A stretch of DNA of 64,000 bases from Antedon mediterranea (taxonomy: Eukaryota; Animalia; Echinodermata), in assembly GCF_964355755.1 (NCBI RefSeq), contig NC_092676.1:29282871-29346870 (forward strand), given 5' to 3'. Positions 11,664-26,600 of the stretch are shown here, piece after piece. The notes under the pieces were generated by a model that saw only the letters and a program-made list of their open reading frames with translations, was not told the origin of the DNA and made no database searches. How positions within the stretch are numbered: position 1 is the stretch's first letter; each line of letters opens with the position of its first letter. The translations under genes were made by a program, and so were the position numbers.

Positions 11664-14600
11664 GTAAGTTTCTTAAATGTATTTAAAATATTTATTATTG
11701 AATTCCTATTTATTTTATATTGAATGCTTATTATATTTTTGAACATCTGCTTTAATAACATGTTTTCTGTATTTCTTTGTATTTATCCTAACCCTTTTAA
11801 AGGATCATGTTAAAGCATTGATTATCTGTATTTAATTTTTTTTTACTTAAAACAACATTTTGTTAAATGTTATTCTCAATTGTATTTTTTATGTTAAAGT
11901 TGTATAGTCAACGGCAAGCTAGCTAATTAAATTTATTTTTTTGGAGGACAAACTTAGCAGAAATCTAAGTCTGTATTTTTCATATTTTTTCAAATAAAAT
12001 TGTTCAGCATCCACTGTAGCAGAAACGACAAGTCCTTCCATCAAAGATGTTACGTTAGAAGGAATATTGGAGAACTGTTAATAATAACAGAATTTATTAC
12101 TGTAATGTGTGTTTGTTTTAATCAAACAAACTTTCCAGGTGCAATGTTGTGAGTTTCATGTCCCGTTTGTGTACCTGCTGTGCTCTCTTCCATATTTACC
12201 CTTTAATTGTTCATCTGAGAACCTTTCTCACTGGTTTGTGGTGGGAGGACCCAAGGAGGGTGTACCCATGTTACCAGACATATCCTACTATAAGTTGAAA
12301 CTTAAGTTTATTCTCAGCTTTGTCTTGTTAGGCCTAGGGCCCAGGTGTTACATTTTACCTATCATGGAGTTTAGTGAACTCACTTTAAGCTCCAGAAGCT
12401 GTATCTAAATTTAGTTTACTTGTACATGTACAATTCTTAGTTAATACCTACAATCATAACCTAAATTTTGCTCATTTTTTGTCATAAATCCAAATAAAGA
12501 AAATAATAATTTGATATTTTCTTTTCACTGTACCTAAAATAAATTGAATAGAATATTATTGACTAAATCGTGCTTTAGATTTTGATAAATTTAAATAAAA
12601 TATAATTATAATTTTAGATTTTGATTTACATTACAAAAATAGATTATAATTCATTTGCTATGTGTTGTACTGTATCTTATGAAAATCCAGGTTAGATTCA
12701 TCTTTAAGTATATTGCAATGGATTCTTTAAATCTTTAATTTACATAATTTACCTACTTTACATTCAGAAATTAAATTTTAATGGGCTACGATTAATTTAA
12801 ATTTATGTTAAATTAATAATACTAATAGCCAATATGCAAATTATTCCTAAATTTTATGCAAACTTATTAACATTAATGCATCATTCCTGCTCTTTCCAAT
12901 TTTATTCCCACATGATCTTTGGTAATGACTTATGCAAATAAGCCTTCAATCAAATGCAGGACAAAGCCTATGTTAAGTGCTCTATTGTTTTACAGGAAGA
13001 AGAACATTTATTGTTGAAATTTGAGACATGTTCTGATTGACATTTCTTTAAAACATTAATTGGATTATACTGAAGTGTTAATGATAATGAAGCTCCATGG
13101 GATAATGTACAGTAGTAATGATCCTGCCCAAGAATTGTGACATACTGTACTTTTTACCGTACAAAATGTATTTGTTTTTTCGTCCCTTGCTATACCTGAA
13201 TAAAACAACATTGGCCTACTGTATTTCTCTCTGAGAAGAGGACTACAACTCTGTTATATTAAAAGTACCCTATCAGACAATTAAATACATCCAACCTAAT
13301 AGTACAGCTGAGTAATACACCACCATCATCGTTCCTTTTTTTCATATTCCTCTGTAGATTTGTACTTGCACACAATACAGAGTTACTAAAGACTTATGTA
13401 CAGTACTTGCAGTATATCTTATTGATATGTTTTCTGCAAAATAATGTATTGGTAGGCTAACATTCTTTCCTGTAATTACTCATTTCATTATAAAATACTT
13501 TGTAAACTAACACATTTAATTAACTCTTCATTAAGGAGTTCATAAGAAAGCTGAATGAGTGAGTGTTGAAGGCTAATGTTAGCTAAAGGCCTCTTTTATC
13601 TTATTTCTTGTTGACTTGTTCTCATCTAAAGGGCTCTTTTATCTTATTTCTTGTTGACTTGTTCACATCCAAGGTTGAAACTTATCAATAAGGTCTTTTT
13701 CTTTCTATTTTAAATTTCTGATAATGACAATTTGAAGAAATAATTACAATAGCTAGGGTTTCATGGTGTTCTACTTTTAAGATAAGATTATAACCCTAAA
13801 TGCATCTTTTCCATGCCATATTTCCATACTTGTTCTATTTATTGAAGGCAGTTAGCATAGTTTGTGTATCTTTTGGCTACTACTAACAGCATTACATTGA
13901 GATTTATAACATGCTGAATGAAACCCAATGGAACCTTTAGGCTTCTGAACATTAAAAAACAATTTAGAAAATGAACATAGGATAAACAAAGTCTTTGTTT
14001 GTATGCTGTTTAAACATGGACAGCTACTGCTACATAGTTTAAACAGGGAGTTGTCGAATAATTTTACAACTCCCTGGTTTAAATAACATTAATACATATG
14101 TAAAATAACCATGAAAAATGCCACTAATTCTATATTATGACCCAATTAAAATCACATCGTTAAATCTTACTTTATACTGTTTTATTGCAGAAAGGATAAC
14201 AAACTAGGAATTCTCTAAAAATGTTTGGTTAGTTATGTATATAATATGTTATTTCATGTCTCGTAAGAATATCAAAATGACATCAATTCATTGTGCTGGT
14301 ATGCTGCATGTGCTCAGTTTTATTATGTTTTCATAATGTCACGATCGACTTAACAAGAAGATCTGCAGGATTGTCGTAAATTCATGTGTACAGTAGTTTG
14401 GTCATGTTAAAATAGTGAGACTCTCAATAGATTTTTCTATTTAATCCTATGGAAGTTTATCAACTAACTTATTTATCCAAAAGATTGTCTATTTTCAGTA
14501 CTTCTAAAAAAATGTTTTATCTAAAAGTTGACATACTGTAATTTATAATATCTGAGATATGATAACCGATAAAATTACCCAATTGCCAGGGTGGTCATGT

Positions 14601-17600
14601 TTCTTATATTTACAGTTATCATTACACAAACTAAAATTGAATCAAATTCTACCCCAGAGGCAGTTCCAAATATTGGCTTCAATAAGGCTTCATTTCAAGT
14701 AATAATTGCTTTGGCAACATTATTTTATTGGGTGTCTTATCGTTGCTTGATCTTTTTGGTATATTTGCCCAAAGGCTCTGTGATTGGTGTATGGCTGTTT
14801 ATTTGTTCTAGATTATGCTTTGTTTACTAAAGATTGGTGACCCCTGCATTGAGGCAAGACTTTAACAATTTTAATGGTAATTTTAACTGAATTAAACATT
14901 GAAACTTATCAATTTTAGACTGTATTTTTAGATAATATTTTGGCATAAAAATACATTTAATTGGAATAACAAGTATAAACTGTATAATATGAAATGTAGC
15001 CGTATATTTCAAACAATCATAGTGATTATCAACATGTTACATTGTCATCAGATACTGTTTGACTGTTCAAGCAATGCTGTATGTTTAGTTACATAATAAT
15101 TATTAAGACTTTAGTTTCAACATTGATTAAGGAACACATGTTGTCAAAATAATCACAGGATTTGCATAATTAATATGCAAGTCTGGAATTAAATTTTAAA
15201 TATCCAGTGATAATGATACAAAGCTCATAATGCAATGTTTGAAGAGAGATAATTAACAGAGTTTATTACCAATAGCGGAATCTCATCTGGAACAAAGTGG
15301 GGTCATAAAAACAAGATGTTAATCAAATGTAATTATTGTCTGTAGTAAGTGTTGATAGGATTAATGTTTACAAGTAAACCACCCAATTCAAGTATTGTAC
15401 ATTAAACATTAAACAGATACCACCTATTGAGATAGGAAGGGAATAAACATAAACCACACAGTTCCTTAGGGAATGTGCTTACCTATTGGCTTCCTATCCT
15501 CAAAGATTTTTAACAACATTCATGGTGTTATACATTTATTACATATTTTGGATGTGTTCTCAATTTTATTTTTATCGAGGACAAAATTTGTTTATAAATT
15601 CGCACTTTTTTTTTTATAACCGCACATGAAATATGTTTGTGTTTATTAATATTACCTTTGTTTGTGTACATTTTATTTGGCAATAAGGAAATTATCTTCG
15701 CATAACTTATATTTTTATAACAGCATATTTAAAATGACTGGGTCTGTTATGAAGAAATGAAAGTCATTGAACAATATAGAGTTGAAATAAGTCAACGAAT
15801 CTCATAAATATGAGAATCCCGGTGGGAAATAGCAGTTATTTCTCAACATAAAAAGTATTACATCTCCAAATGTGGTTTCCATAAAATGATTAGGTAGCTA
15901 GGTTTTGTAGGTCTACCCAGCTTTGACCCTTTAACTGGTTGTTATAAACATTTAAAATAGCAGGTGAACTAGAACATAAAAACGAGTGAATATACGAGAA
16001 GGTAGAATGTAATTTGAAAGTGATGAGGGATAGAAGCAAGGAAGCACATCGTATATTTTCATGCTGTGTTTACAACTTAACACTAACATAACAGCTAATC
16101 ATTTTGTTGGGGAAGGGGAGTAGAGCAATGGCTGAATTGAGGTACAATCATGGACCTTGTAACTGTATCTAATTTATACAGTAGGTCCGTGGTACAATAT
16201 ATCATGTATCAATGGAAAAGTCTATACCTGTATACAGTTTTTTTTAATTCAAATTTAGTCGGTGTTTACATTACAGTACATCCAACGTTCCCAAAGCTAA
16301 ACTGTACTAGCCTAAAATGTTTGGTTTTCTGTATTAATTCTGTTGGAACCAAATTCTGAAATACAGTAGGTTTTAATGAAATAGGATGAGGTAAAAAATT
16401 GGGTCTGATGTCTTATTTTGAAAATCACTTTCCATTACATGATATTTTCTTGTGCTACAATTTGACAAATAGGTTTATTTCAGGATTGTTTTTTTAGCGT
16501 TAGTAGTGTAGGGATATGAGATCGTAATCTATCACATTTTATTCACTAATGTTAATGATAATGGTGTTGAGTGTCGTGTTATCTGATTGGAAGTTACTTG
16601 TTGATTTACAGAAATTCAAATTCTGTTTCCAGGTTTATATATTTATAATAATCCAAAAGAGTTTATGAATGATAGTTCTGTTTACTACAGAAGTTATGAG
16701 GTATTCCTGTAAAATAGTACAGTAACTCTTTAATGTCAACACCAGATCGCCCTAATTTACTACGTCATAGTCTATCATAGTTAATATATACCCATAAGAA
16801 TTCAACTGGGATGTTTAAAGGCTTTACGAACTATCATGTCAACACTTCTCGTATCTAGATACTTCTATAGTAAAGAGCTCTAAGTAGATAGTTGATACAC
16901 TCAACAATCAGTGACAATAGTTAGTGAAACCAGTATTACTTGAAACTTGATCTTACACAAATACCACTTCTTTATCAACCTTTGCATAGACTTGGATAAA
17001 TTCTTTATTCAGTGTTATAGAATTCTTTACTTTAATATACAGCTTCTGTTTGTTCCAATGCAATATAGTCAAACTGCAATTGACCTTCTAATACCTATTC
17101 ATTGTGCTAAATACCTCCCCAGGGTTCCTGTACGTCTGTCTTTGTTCGGGGCTAGCCACGTTGAGGGGTAACAATGTACTACTGCTAAATACGCTTAAAA
17201 ATACTTTATATTAAATGTACTGACGTGTAAGAAGACGTATAAGTCTAGTCGTTATTTGTAAGAGTAAAAACTAAATTTAAATTGCTTGATTAATTTAATA
17301 CTTTTAGAAATTAGTTTTATTTATGGAACAAAAAAGTTTTTTTCTTTCCGGTGGGATACCTTTTGTTTTGTGTAAATGTTGTTTAATTATGATAGAGATT
17401 ATTTAGGCATGATTATTTTCTTAAATTTTCTTTACACGATTTAAGTGCAAACACTTAATTTAGTGTTTTTAAAAATATTCATATACATACAGTATTTGTT
17501 TTTCATGTCAAGTTAAGTTAAGTCTTAATAAGTCTAAAATTATTTTGTAACAGGTTTCCCATGTTGTGTTTTCGTACCAACGTGATACATTTGTGTACAA

Positions 17601-20600
17601 AGAATGCAGTTGTGACGCAGAATCAGTTTATAATCGTAAAAATATAATATAAAAGACTTTAATTTTGTTACATTGTGTTTGTCAAAGGTTTAATGAAAGA
17701 GTTTATTCTGCAATACAAAGTGTGTAACCACAATCTTGGTGAAATTCATCTGTTCCTTTTGTATTGGTCCGATGGTTTAATAGGTAAAGAAATTAGTTGG
17801 TGTAAATCTGATCAATCTATTTGTGTGAGGTTATTTGGGTTTTATTTAGAAATGGATTTGGATTCACAATAAACCGGTTAAATATTACAAGAAAATAGAA
17901 ATGGATAATGAGGTAATACCAGGACTGTCCCTTTGAAGTCTTTGTCGGTAGTGCGGTACGGAATGCCACAAATTGATATAAATGGATTGAGGCTGGAGTG
18001 TCACTGTCTGCACTTGAAGGAGTAGGAAGCAAGGAATGTTAATTAATGAGTCACTTTGATTTAATGCTTGTCTTACCTGTACAGGAGCTTTCAATGTGCT
18101 ACACATTGATTTTAAATGGCTACTCTGTCCATAGTGGTCACTTTGATTTAATGCTTGTCTTACCTGTACAGGAGCTTTCATACTGCAGTACCGGTACACC
18201 TTGATTTTAAATGGCTACTCTGTCCATAGTGGTCACTTTGATTTAATGCTTGTCTTACCTGTACAGGAGCTTTCATCCTGGAGTACACCTTGATTTTAAA
18301 TGGCTACTCTGTCCATGGTGGTCACTTTGATTTAATGCTTGTCTTACCTGTACAGGAGCTTTCATCCTGCAGTACACCTTGATTTTAAATGGCTACTCTG
18401 TCCATGGTGGACAGTAACTCTCAATTCTTAATATTGATCATAAACCTGTACGGTGTAGATTCATACAATACAAATCGGAAAAGAGATTCTTGTATACATT
18501 ACATTTGCCAAAAATGATGTATTACCATATAAATTATGATTAATTCTGACATAGGTGAGCACAATGGACAACTTTTGTAAATATCTTCGGCTTGTATTCC
18601 TTAAATTTTAACATTTTTAGTCAAAAAGGACAATATTGTACCATTCAATTATGATATTATTCAAATACCACTGTATAAACCCATACTCAAGTATAATTCC
18701 AATCCCCTTAATTTTATGCAAATGTCATGACCAGCCCCCGTGGGACTACACTCAGGTCACAGTTCTATTTCCAAATTTTATGAATACAGTTAATTTAACT
18801 TATCTTTAACTTGTTCCACTTGAATGATTCTCATACCTAGTTGATTAACTTCAGTATAGAAATATTTGGTTATTAATATAATAAAATGCATATTTACATG
18901 TCATCAACATCGTCACCGTGCACTTGAATTGCTTCTTTATTTGGGCGTGCAAATCGGCCAGAATGCGGGATGTTTTCGTAGAGAGAGATTATAAGTTTAT
19001 TTTCCTTGTTATTACACCATTTTATTGTCTGTTGTACTTTAGGTTTAATCAAGCATTGGTATAAAGTTGTACATGTTTAAATCTGTTTGTGTTTGTTGGG
19101 AAGGTGCGTTAAACATTGCACAGTTTGTGAGGGCAGAGTGACAAGTGTATCGGGCGTAATGATCGAGCGTGGCCTAACACAGAAAGGAGTTCCACACGTT
19201 TTTATTCCGCTTGTTGATTGAGTTTTAAGATTTCGCATCTAAAACTTCTTTTACTCATTTATGATTGAGCATGGCTAACATGGAAAGGAGTTCCACACAT
19301 TTCTGCTCTGCTTGTTAATTGAGTTTTACGATTTTGCATCTAAAACTTCTTTTACTCATTCATAGACTTTTATTAGCAAATGTAAAAAAAAATGGTATGA
19401 GAACAAAATGTATTTTTCTGTGACTTTAAGCCCATAAGCTACGCTTCATATTTGCTGGCACGATGGAAGCGTTGGGTTTGGCAGCAGGTTGAATGAAACA
19501 TTCCAAACTTGTTGATATTTGCTGATAGTACAGTACCGGTAATCTCTCCAAGCTAGTAAAACATCTCTTTTTGTTTAAATTTGTAGTATGAGTAAGGAGG
19601 TAAACGGAAGCTTTTATAAGTGGATCCCTCTGTTCCTAAGAGTAGCCTCACAGAGTAACTAACTAATTATCTTATTATACCCACATGGGTTTTACTACTT
19701 TAAGCCTACTGTTTATATTTTAACGGAAATTTTTTTCCTCCCCTTAATAATTCAAAGGTTGTTATTGTTAGTCACTCTTTTTACTTGTCACTTATTGCAA
19801 GTGTGTTAATCATACAACATGCAATATACAGTGAATTTGGATGTCTGTTGCTGTAAATTGTTTTCCGCCTTGGATCAGAAATGCTATTGAGATTGAGGAC
19901 ACAAGGCTTAACACGAACAATACGTTAGAGCGTAACTACCACAGGCAACACAGATGTCCATCAAAAACACAGATAAAGCATGCTTACTGGACTGTAATGA
20001 TTCCAACAAAATTATGAGTGTTGTAACCTGTCCATCAAGTCAATCAAGTGCTTTAGGACTCACAGACAACTTCCTTTTTTAGTAAGTAATTATCAGGGTG
20101 TTTAGAGCCTGATTAACTCGTCTAATTCCGTCGTGATTTCTATGAGAACACAAATTAAAAACTTCCTCCCGTCAAATTAACACGATTTGTGTTTTTAAAA
20201 TTTAGTAGAGCATGAATTAAAAAATGTTTACTTTTATTGTAAGCTATTGCCAATCAAATTTTAAAAACCATTGTAATACCTGAAAAGCAATACATGTTGA
20301 CGACAATTATTTTAACACTTAATTTTCAAATTTATAAAATAGAGACTACAGTATAATATAGCATTTCATCCTATTAGTAGTTTTCCAATTTTTGAAAATC
20401 ATCCTGATGAGTCATGACACGTTGAAATGGTTTTGTCATCTTTTTTATTCATGTTCTACAAAATGGTACACTTGTATTGTAACAGGTAGTTTCCATACAA
20501 ACTGTGAACTTTTCTAACTTCACTATGTATGTACAGTAACGCACCATCTGTTTAACAGCTTATTGGTGTACGTTTCCTAATCCTGTCAATCCTCGGATCA

Positions 20601-23600
20601 AAGGTTTATATAAATCGACCACATTTTCTACCCTAGATGTGCAAAAGGAAACCAATATTTCCAGCTATCAAAACTAAATTTAATATTTTCAAAATGTGAG
20701 CATTGATATCTTAATATGATCAAAATTGTAATTTAAAAACACATTTTATAGCTGTCTCTACACTATTAAACTTTATGTTACAAAAAATGTGATGTGCACA
20801 TATGGACATGATGATGTCATATCACTACCATATTTGGAGATACCACTACCATATTTGGGCACATCAAACTTTTTTGTTGAACTAGTTTGATAGAGTAGAC
20901 AGAGCTTTACAGTACTACAGTTCAGCCTATAATACAAGGATGTGTGTGAAAATTGTTACTGTAGCTTCAGAAAAATGATTAAAACATAGAATTTTATTGA
21001 TGTTTTATTGTTGTGGATGTTGGTGGTATAAACGCCAGTTAGTCTGTAGGATTATCATTTCATTATCATTGCACTTTTTGTGGATTATTTCAGCCTAGTC
21101 TTGGTTCATGATGACCTTGCATACAATTCGTAAATTAATGAATATCATTTTGAAATAATGCAATCATACGAAATTCTCCAAAATTACAAGTGTTTACATT
21201 ATTATATGGTTAGTACAATAGCTTCATCCATCTACCATGTAGAATGTTTAGTGAAATGTTTGCAGTATAAATCCTCCGTATTCAATGCAAATTCTTGGAA
21301 AAAAACAAGTGATTTTCATGTTAATGATTTTGAGTAGCCTAAGCGCCATCCATTAATTACAACACGCCATCATTTTTATTCTGAAGCCTGTAGGGATCCT
21401 GTCCTATACTACATGCTTTCATCCACATAATTCCAATTTCCATGTTCACAAGATGTGCGTACGAGCTAGGATTAACTGATTAAGATGCGATAACCAAATA
21501 AATGATGCATTTTAATATACGCAACGAACAGTGATTGTTAGTCTTGGTCAACCCGGTAATGTACGTGTCTATCTGGATATTTCTACTTGTCTATTGATCC
21601 TGTGTATAAATTTAATTTGAGGATGATAGAAATTATGGAGTGTTAAAACCTTACTGGAGATCTTGAAATATGCAAGCTACTGTATGAATATTTTATTTAT
21701 AACACCGGCAATAAAAATCTATTTCGTATATTTATGATCAAATTTTGATCATAAATTTTGATCATAAATTTTTATAAAACATGAAAGGGTTAAAGAAAAA
21801 CTATTAATAAAAGTAATAAGTGTCATTAGTTTATCAGCAGTGGTTTTACTACTATACACTACAAGCTGTAAACAGGTCATTTTTTAGGATACAGTTTTAT
21901 ACATTGTTTGAGCCAATTATGGTATTAAGAAAAATTCCTAATAATTAAGGTAATGCAAGTCATCATGAAATTGGTCTTCTATTTCTTAGCTGGATAAACT
22001 TGTCATAATTCTCTTTGAAGAGCGAGATTTAACCCGATAAGTGCAACATTCATTCCTCCATCATAAATGATACAGTCTGCAAACCACACCCTTATATAAA
22101 GAAAAAGAACTCATTTATTAGAATTAATTACTGAATAAGAATTTGTTTACACCAAGTAGTACTTAGCTCACATTGATTAGAAAGTAAATAAATGATATTT
22201 GCTGTAAGAATATTGCTTGGATTTAATAAGGATTAGTTGTACAGTAGATTAAGCATGGGATTAGTGAAGCCTGGTGGGTGTTAATGTAACTCGCGTTTGC
22301 AGTGGATTAACACATAGGAAATAGAAGGGATTTTTGCTAAGGAGGTGATTTAAAGTCAATCTTAATCACAGACTTAAGTAATCAAGATTACTATTTCTGA
22401 ACTTCGTAATAAATTGATTTATTTTCAACGTAACTTCACAGGAAGTTTGTAGAGAGGACTTAAATCTCTGCTAAATTGTCCTCGACAAAATGATATCTTA
22501 ATTATATTTTAAGCTTGGGTTCTGGAGCTTGTAGTTCCTGTTTTTTTTTCTGTTTTTAGTTAGTATACAGATCCACAGTTGAAGTACATGATTTTAGCCT
22601 TGAAAATTAGTATGCTTACCTACAGTTTTTATTCCATGGTTATGGGTTCGATTCCTTCTCTGTACCTGTACTGTAGAATATTTAGTTTGAGTCAATAGAC
22701 TACAGTAAGTAAATAAGACTTGAATATTTTATTGTAAGATGAATTAGCTGAAAGTTTAGGAAAAATAAAGATTTTGTTTCTGATAATAAATCAATTTTAA
22801 AACAAATCAAGATGTATTTTTGATACCTTTTATAGTTTTATAATGTTTCCAGTTCAACGAAAAGTTCACTTTTCTTTCTAGGTTAAAAAGACATTGTATG
22901 AATAAAAGTAAAGAAAACCTTGTAGGCATATGAACGAACAACGATAAATTAGAAGTTAAATTTATGGATTTGAACTAAAAGTTTAAATTCAGAAATGTTT
23001 AAATGTGTTTATCATGATATGTGAACAAGGTTCTGACACCAAACACCATTACGCTATTTAAACCTTCATATGAAATATGATTAGATTTGACGTTTGTTGC
23101 CCAACCAACTCCGCAGTGAGCCATTTGGGATGGCCTAGAGCAGACTAAAGCCTCTCTAGGAGGGAGACACTTGAAATTGATACCATAGACACATGCAGAA
23201 AAACATACACTGAAAATCCTCAGATAATTCCTATTGCCCACAAGGAACATGTTAACAATAGGCAGAAACAAAATAAACAATTTCATATTATTATTACTTT
23301 TTACTGTATAATGTATTTTTTCAGCAACTTCTTCATAATGTTGTAAAAATAAAATTGTATCCTTAAAGAGAGTGCTAGTTCCCTTTTGGGATTCAACCAA
23401 GGCTGGTATTAATTGGCGTAGCCTAGATTTTAAGTTTATGACGGAAGTGGTTTTGTTAGTTTAAGAATTTTTTATGACATTAATATTACCAAAATAAACT
23501 TAGTAGTTTTTTAACATGCTAACATTATACAGTTTATTGTTAAGATTGATTGCATTGCGAATTAGTATTATGGCATTTTTAAGCATGTATACTTATTAAT

Positions 23601-26600
23601 TACCTTATATAGATGTTTATATTTTCATTAATTGCCTAAATACATGGTCAAGCAAACATTTAACATTCTCCGATGGCCTTTTAAACTTTTTATTATGATT
23701 TTACAAAACAGGTTAAAACTATCAAACCCTCTGGCTTGATATTTTACTACACAATACATGGTCAAACCAACAGTAAAACAAATGACAATGAATGTGAAAA
23801 TGAATGTGAAAAGGTCTGGTTTTTGGTTAGCACTGGTGTGCACTTGGGTAATGTAATTTGGCCATTCTACCAATCTCTACCACATTTTTATTGAGGGTCA
23901 TAAATTTTAGCAAAGAAGGTCAGACGAATACTTCCGTTAATTACGCATTAACAACATTTTGACCAGGACCAAATCTAAATTGCCCCTTGCAAAGTTATCA
24001 GACATCATCAGACAGGTTATAATGTAGTATAAAGCAATATTATTTTATGACATATGGTTGTATTACCATCCTATCAAAAAGCAATTAATATAATAATGGC
24101 TATTCAAAATTAAAACCATTGAAGAATTAAGGAACATTACATTGAGCGGTTATATTAAAACAATGGTATGTGTGAAATATCTACATCATTCATTTAATAA
24201 TATAAAATTATTAAAAAAGCATTATTGTTAAAAGTAAATCATTATCACAAAGAATTCTTTCATTTCTTTTGCCAATAATAAAAATGACAATAAACGATCT
24301 ACGAGAGTGATAGAAACTAGACCAAAATGTAAAATGTTCAAACTAGATTTGAAGAAAAAAAAATTGAGATTGTAGAACAAAAAAATTCCCAGACATTTTA
24401 AATATTTGCATTATTGAAGATCCCAAGACAGGATGTCCCATTAACATTATTAAACGACTAATAATAATGATGATAGTAATCAATGAAATATACACAATTA
24501 CATCATCCACCATTGTGTGGGTGACCATTGTGTATATTTACTGTAGTTCCCAAGATCTCTATCAATACAATTGTTAATTCAGTAGAATAGCTATTCACAT
24601 TTCTGACAAGTTCTCATGGGTGGTGTAGCAAACAGTTATTGTTATTGAAAAATGGTTTACTTTCGACATTATTAAAGAGCTTTCAGGTTTTGACAACTTA
24701 CGAAATTGAAAGCATCAATGAAAAATACAATTACATGTTGCAATTTACAATCAAGATTCTTTTTTTTTTTTATTCATATTTCAAAATACATGTACAAGAA
24801 TAAAACATTTTTAAAAACACATTATTTTTCTTTTGCAATCGCAGCATAAAAAATCATTTGTCAAAATCAGTTATATTGTACATTGCAATTATAATTCATA
24901 ATAAAAAACGATCGATAAGGTCCTTAATATTGATTCTCCATAGTCATCTTCCATTAGAACATACTTTTATGAATTTTGAATAAAACAAATTTGATTTATA
25001 CAAAATTGAAATTTATGTTTTAAATTGTTATTTGACAGCAAGAGCAGCCTAGGTACAGTATACAGGTTGATATCAGCATGGAGGTATTATACCTCCATGA
25101 TATCAGGTAATATCAGTATAGTACTTAAGATGCTACTTAATTTTAAGCACTGTAGATTTAGTATTTATATACCTTGGCAGATAACCTTTTGAGAGATATC
25201 TAAAAACATTAACGCTTTATTGGAACTTAAGTGTTTTTATCTCGGTTGTCTGAGGTCCTTTAACTCTTTTGGTTTTCATCACTGTCTAATCATAAAATAG
25301 GAATTTGCATTATAAACTTGTAAAAGAATCTTCGAATTTAGGTGCCTACTGTAATCGTAAAATAAAATATACCACATGAATCAACTACAGTAGTGTCTCA
25401 AATTATTTCTCACCTGGGTAATTAAAAAAATTAATACAATGACTACAGTACTTTAAGCTTTGTCTACACTAATTGATGTAACAAAAATATGTGATGTGCC
25501 CATACATACAGTAAATGGACATGATGATGACATATCAGTACCATATTTGGGCACATCACACTAGTTTGAAAGTGTAGACAGAGCTTTAGAGTTTCCACTA
25601 CATGCATTAAAGTTGGTTTAATCATACTGCATAGTGATACCAGTAAGTACTACATTACTGTTTTTTCCTACGATGTGATTTAATGTTTATTACCTACATT
25701 CCTTCCTGTTTAATCATTTAAAAAAAACATAATTGGTTTGATGAATAAATCCCAAAATGGGGCAAGGTGCTAACCTACTCATTAAAATATGTAATAGCAG
25801 CTATTGTTTTACTGCTTGATTTAGTCAAATTTCAGAAGTAATGTTATAATTGGCTGAGACAGGTAAGTCATAAGATAAGTCTTGGATTTATTGCTTCTTT
25901 TCAACTTGTAAAATTAGTTGCACATGGAAATGAATTTAGCTGGTTTCAAAGGGACTAGCTAAGTATGAAGTCATTTTAAAGCTACGCAATAAGTCTGAAC
26001 TTTATGCATTTGGAACGGTTTAGTACCCACACATTTGAAGGATCAATTCCCTGGGTCCAATGTAAGAAATTATTAAGTATGTAATAACCCTCGACAGGCA
26101 ATTTATATTACTGAATAAGACTGTTGTATGGCGTAATAATATTGCAATAAAATTCTACAGCCGCTCATTAAATTCCAAAAAAGAAATTGGTGTCAGTAGA
26201 GTACTATAATTTTAATAAATTTGATGTTATGTTACAAATAATTTTGCTAAGCAACGGAAATCATACAGTTGACAATTTCTATGATAATTATTTGAAAAAA
26301 AAACTTTATTTACAACTTCTGTAGAAGTTCTAAACCATACCTAAATTAATTGATCTGGATGGCAATTACATTTATAATTGTTTTCATTTCTGAAGCAATG
26401 TCGTTAGTACAGCAATTATCACATCCAAATTAACTTAAACTTAAAGATTGCAATCATTTTATGTTATTCCAATTGCTTTGATAATTCACCACAATCATTA
26501 AATAACATTAACTTATTCTATAATAACATAATTTGAATAATTATTAAATTATTCCGTCTGTGAGCAGACATTTGGGACCAAAAACGCTCTTCTGTGATAT

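Noticed and set aside
17817-18411. Minus-strand ORF with KAPVQVRQALNQSD repeats and repeated CAG|GTAAG donors
   Set aside because: Produced by an ~89-bp tandem repeat whose periods (88, 94, 89) do not preserve frame; no exon chain could be built.
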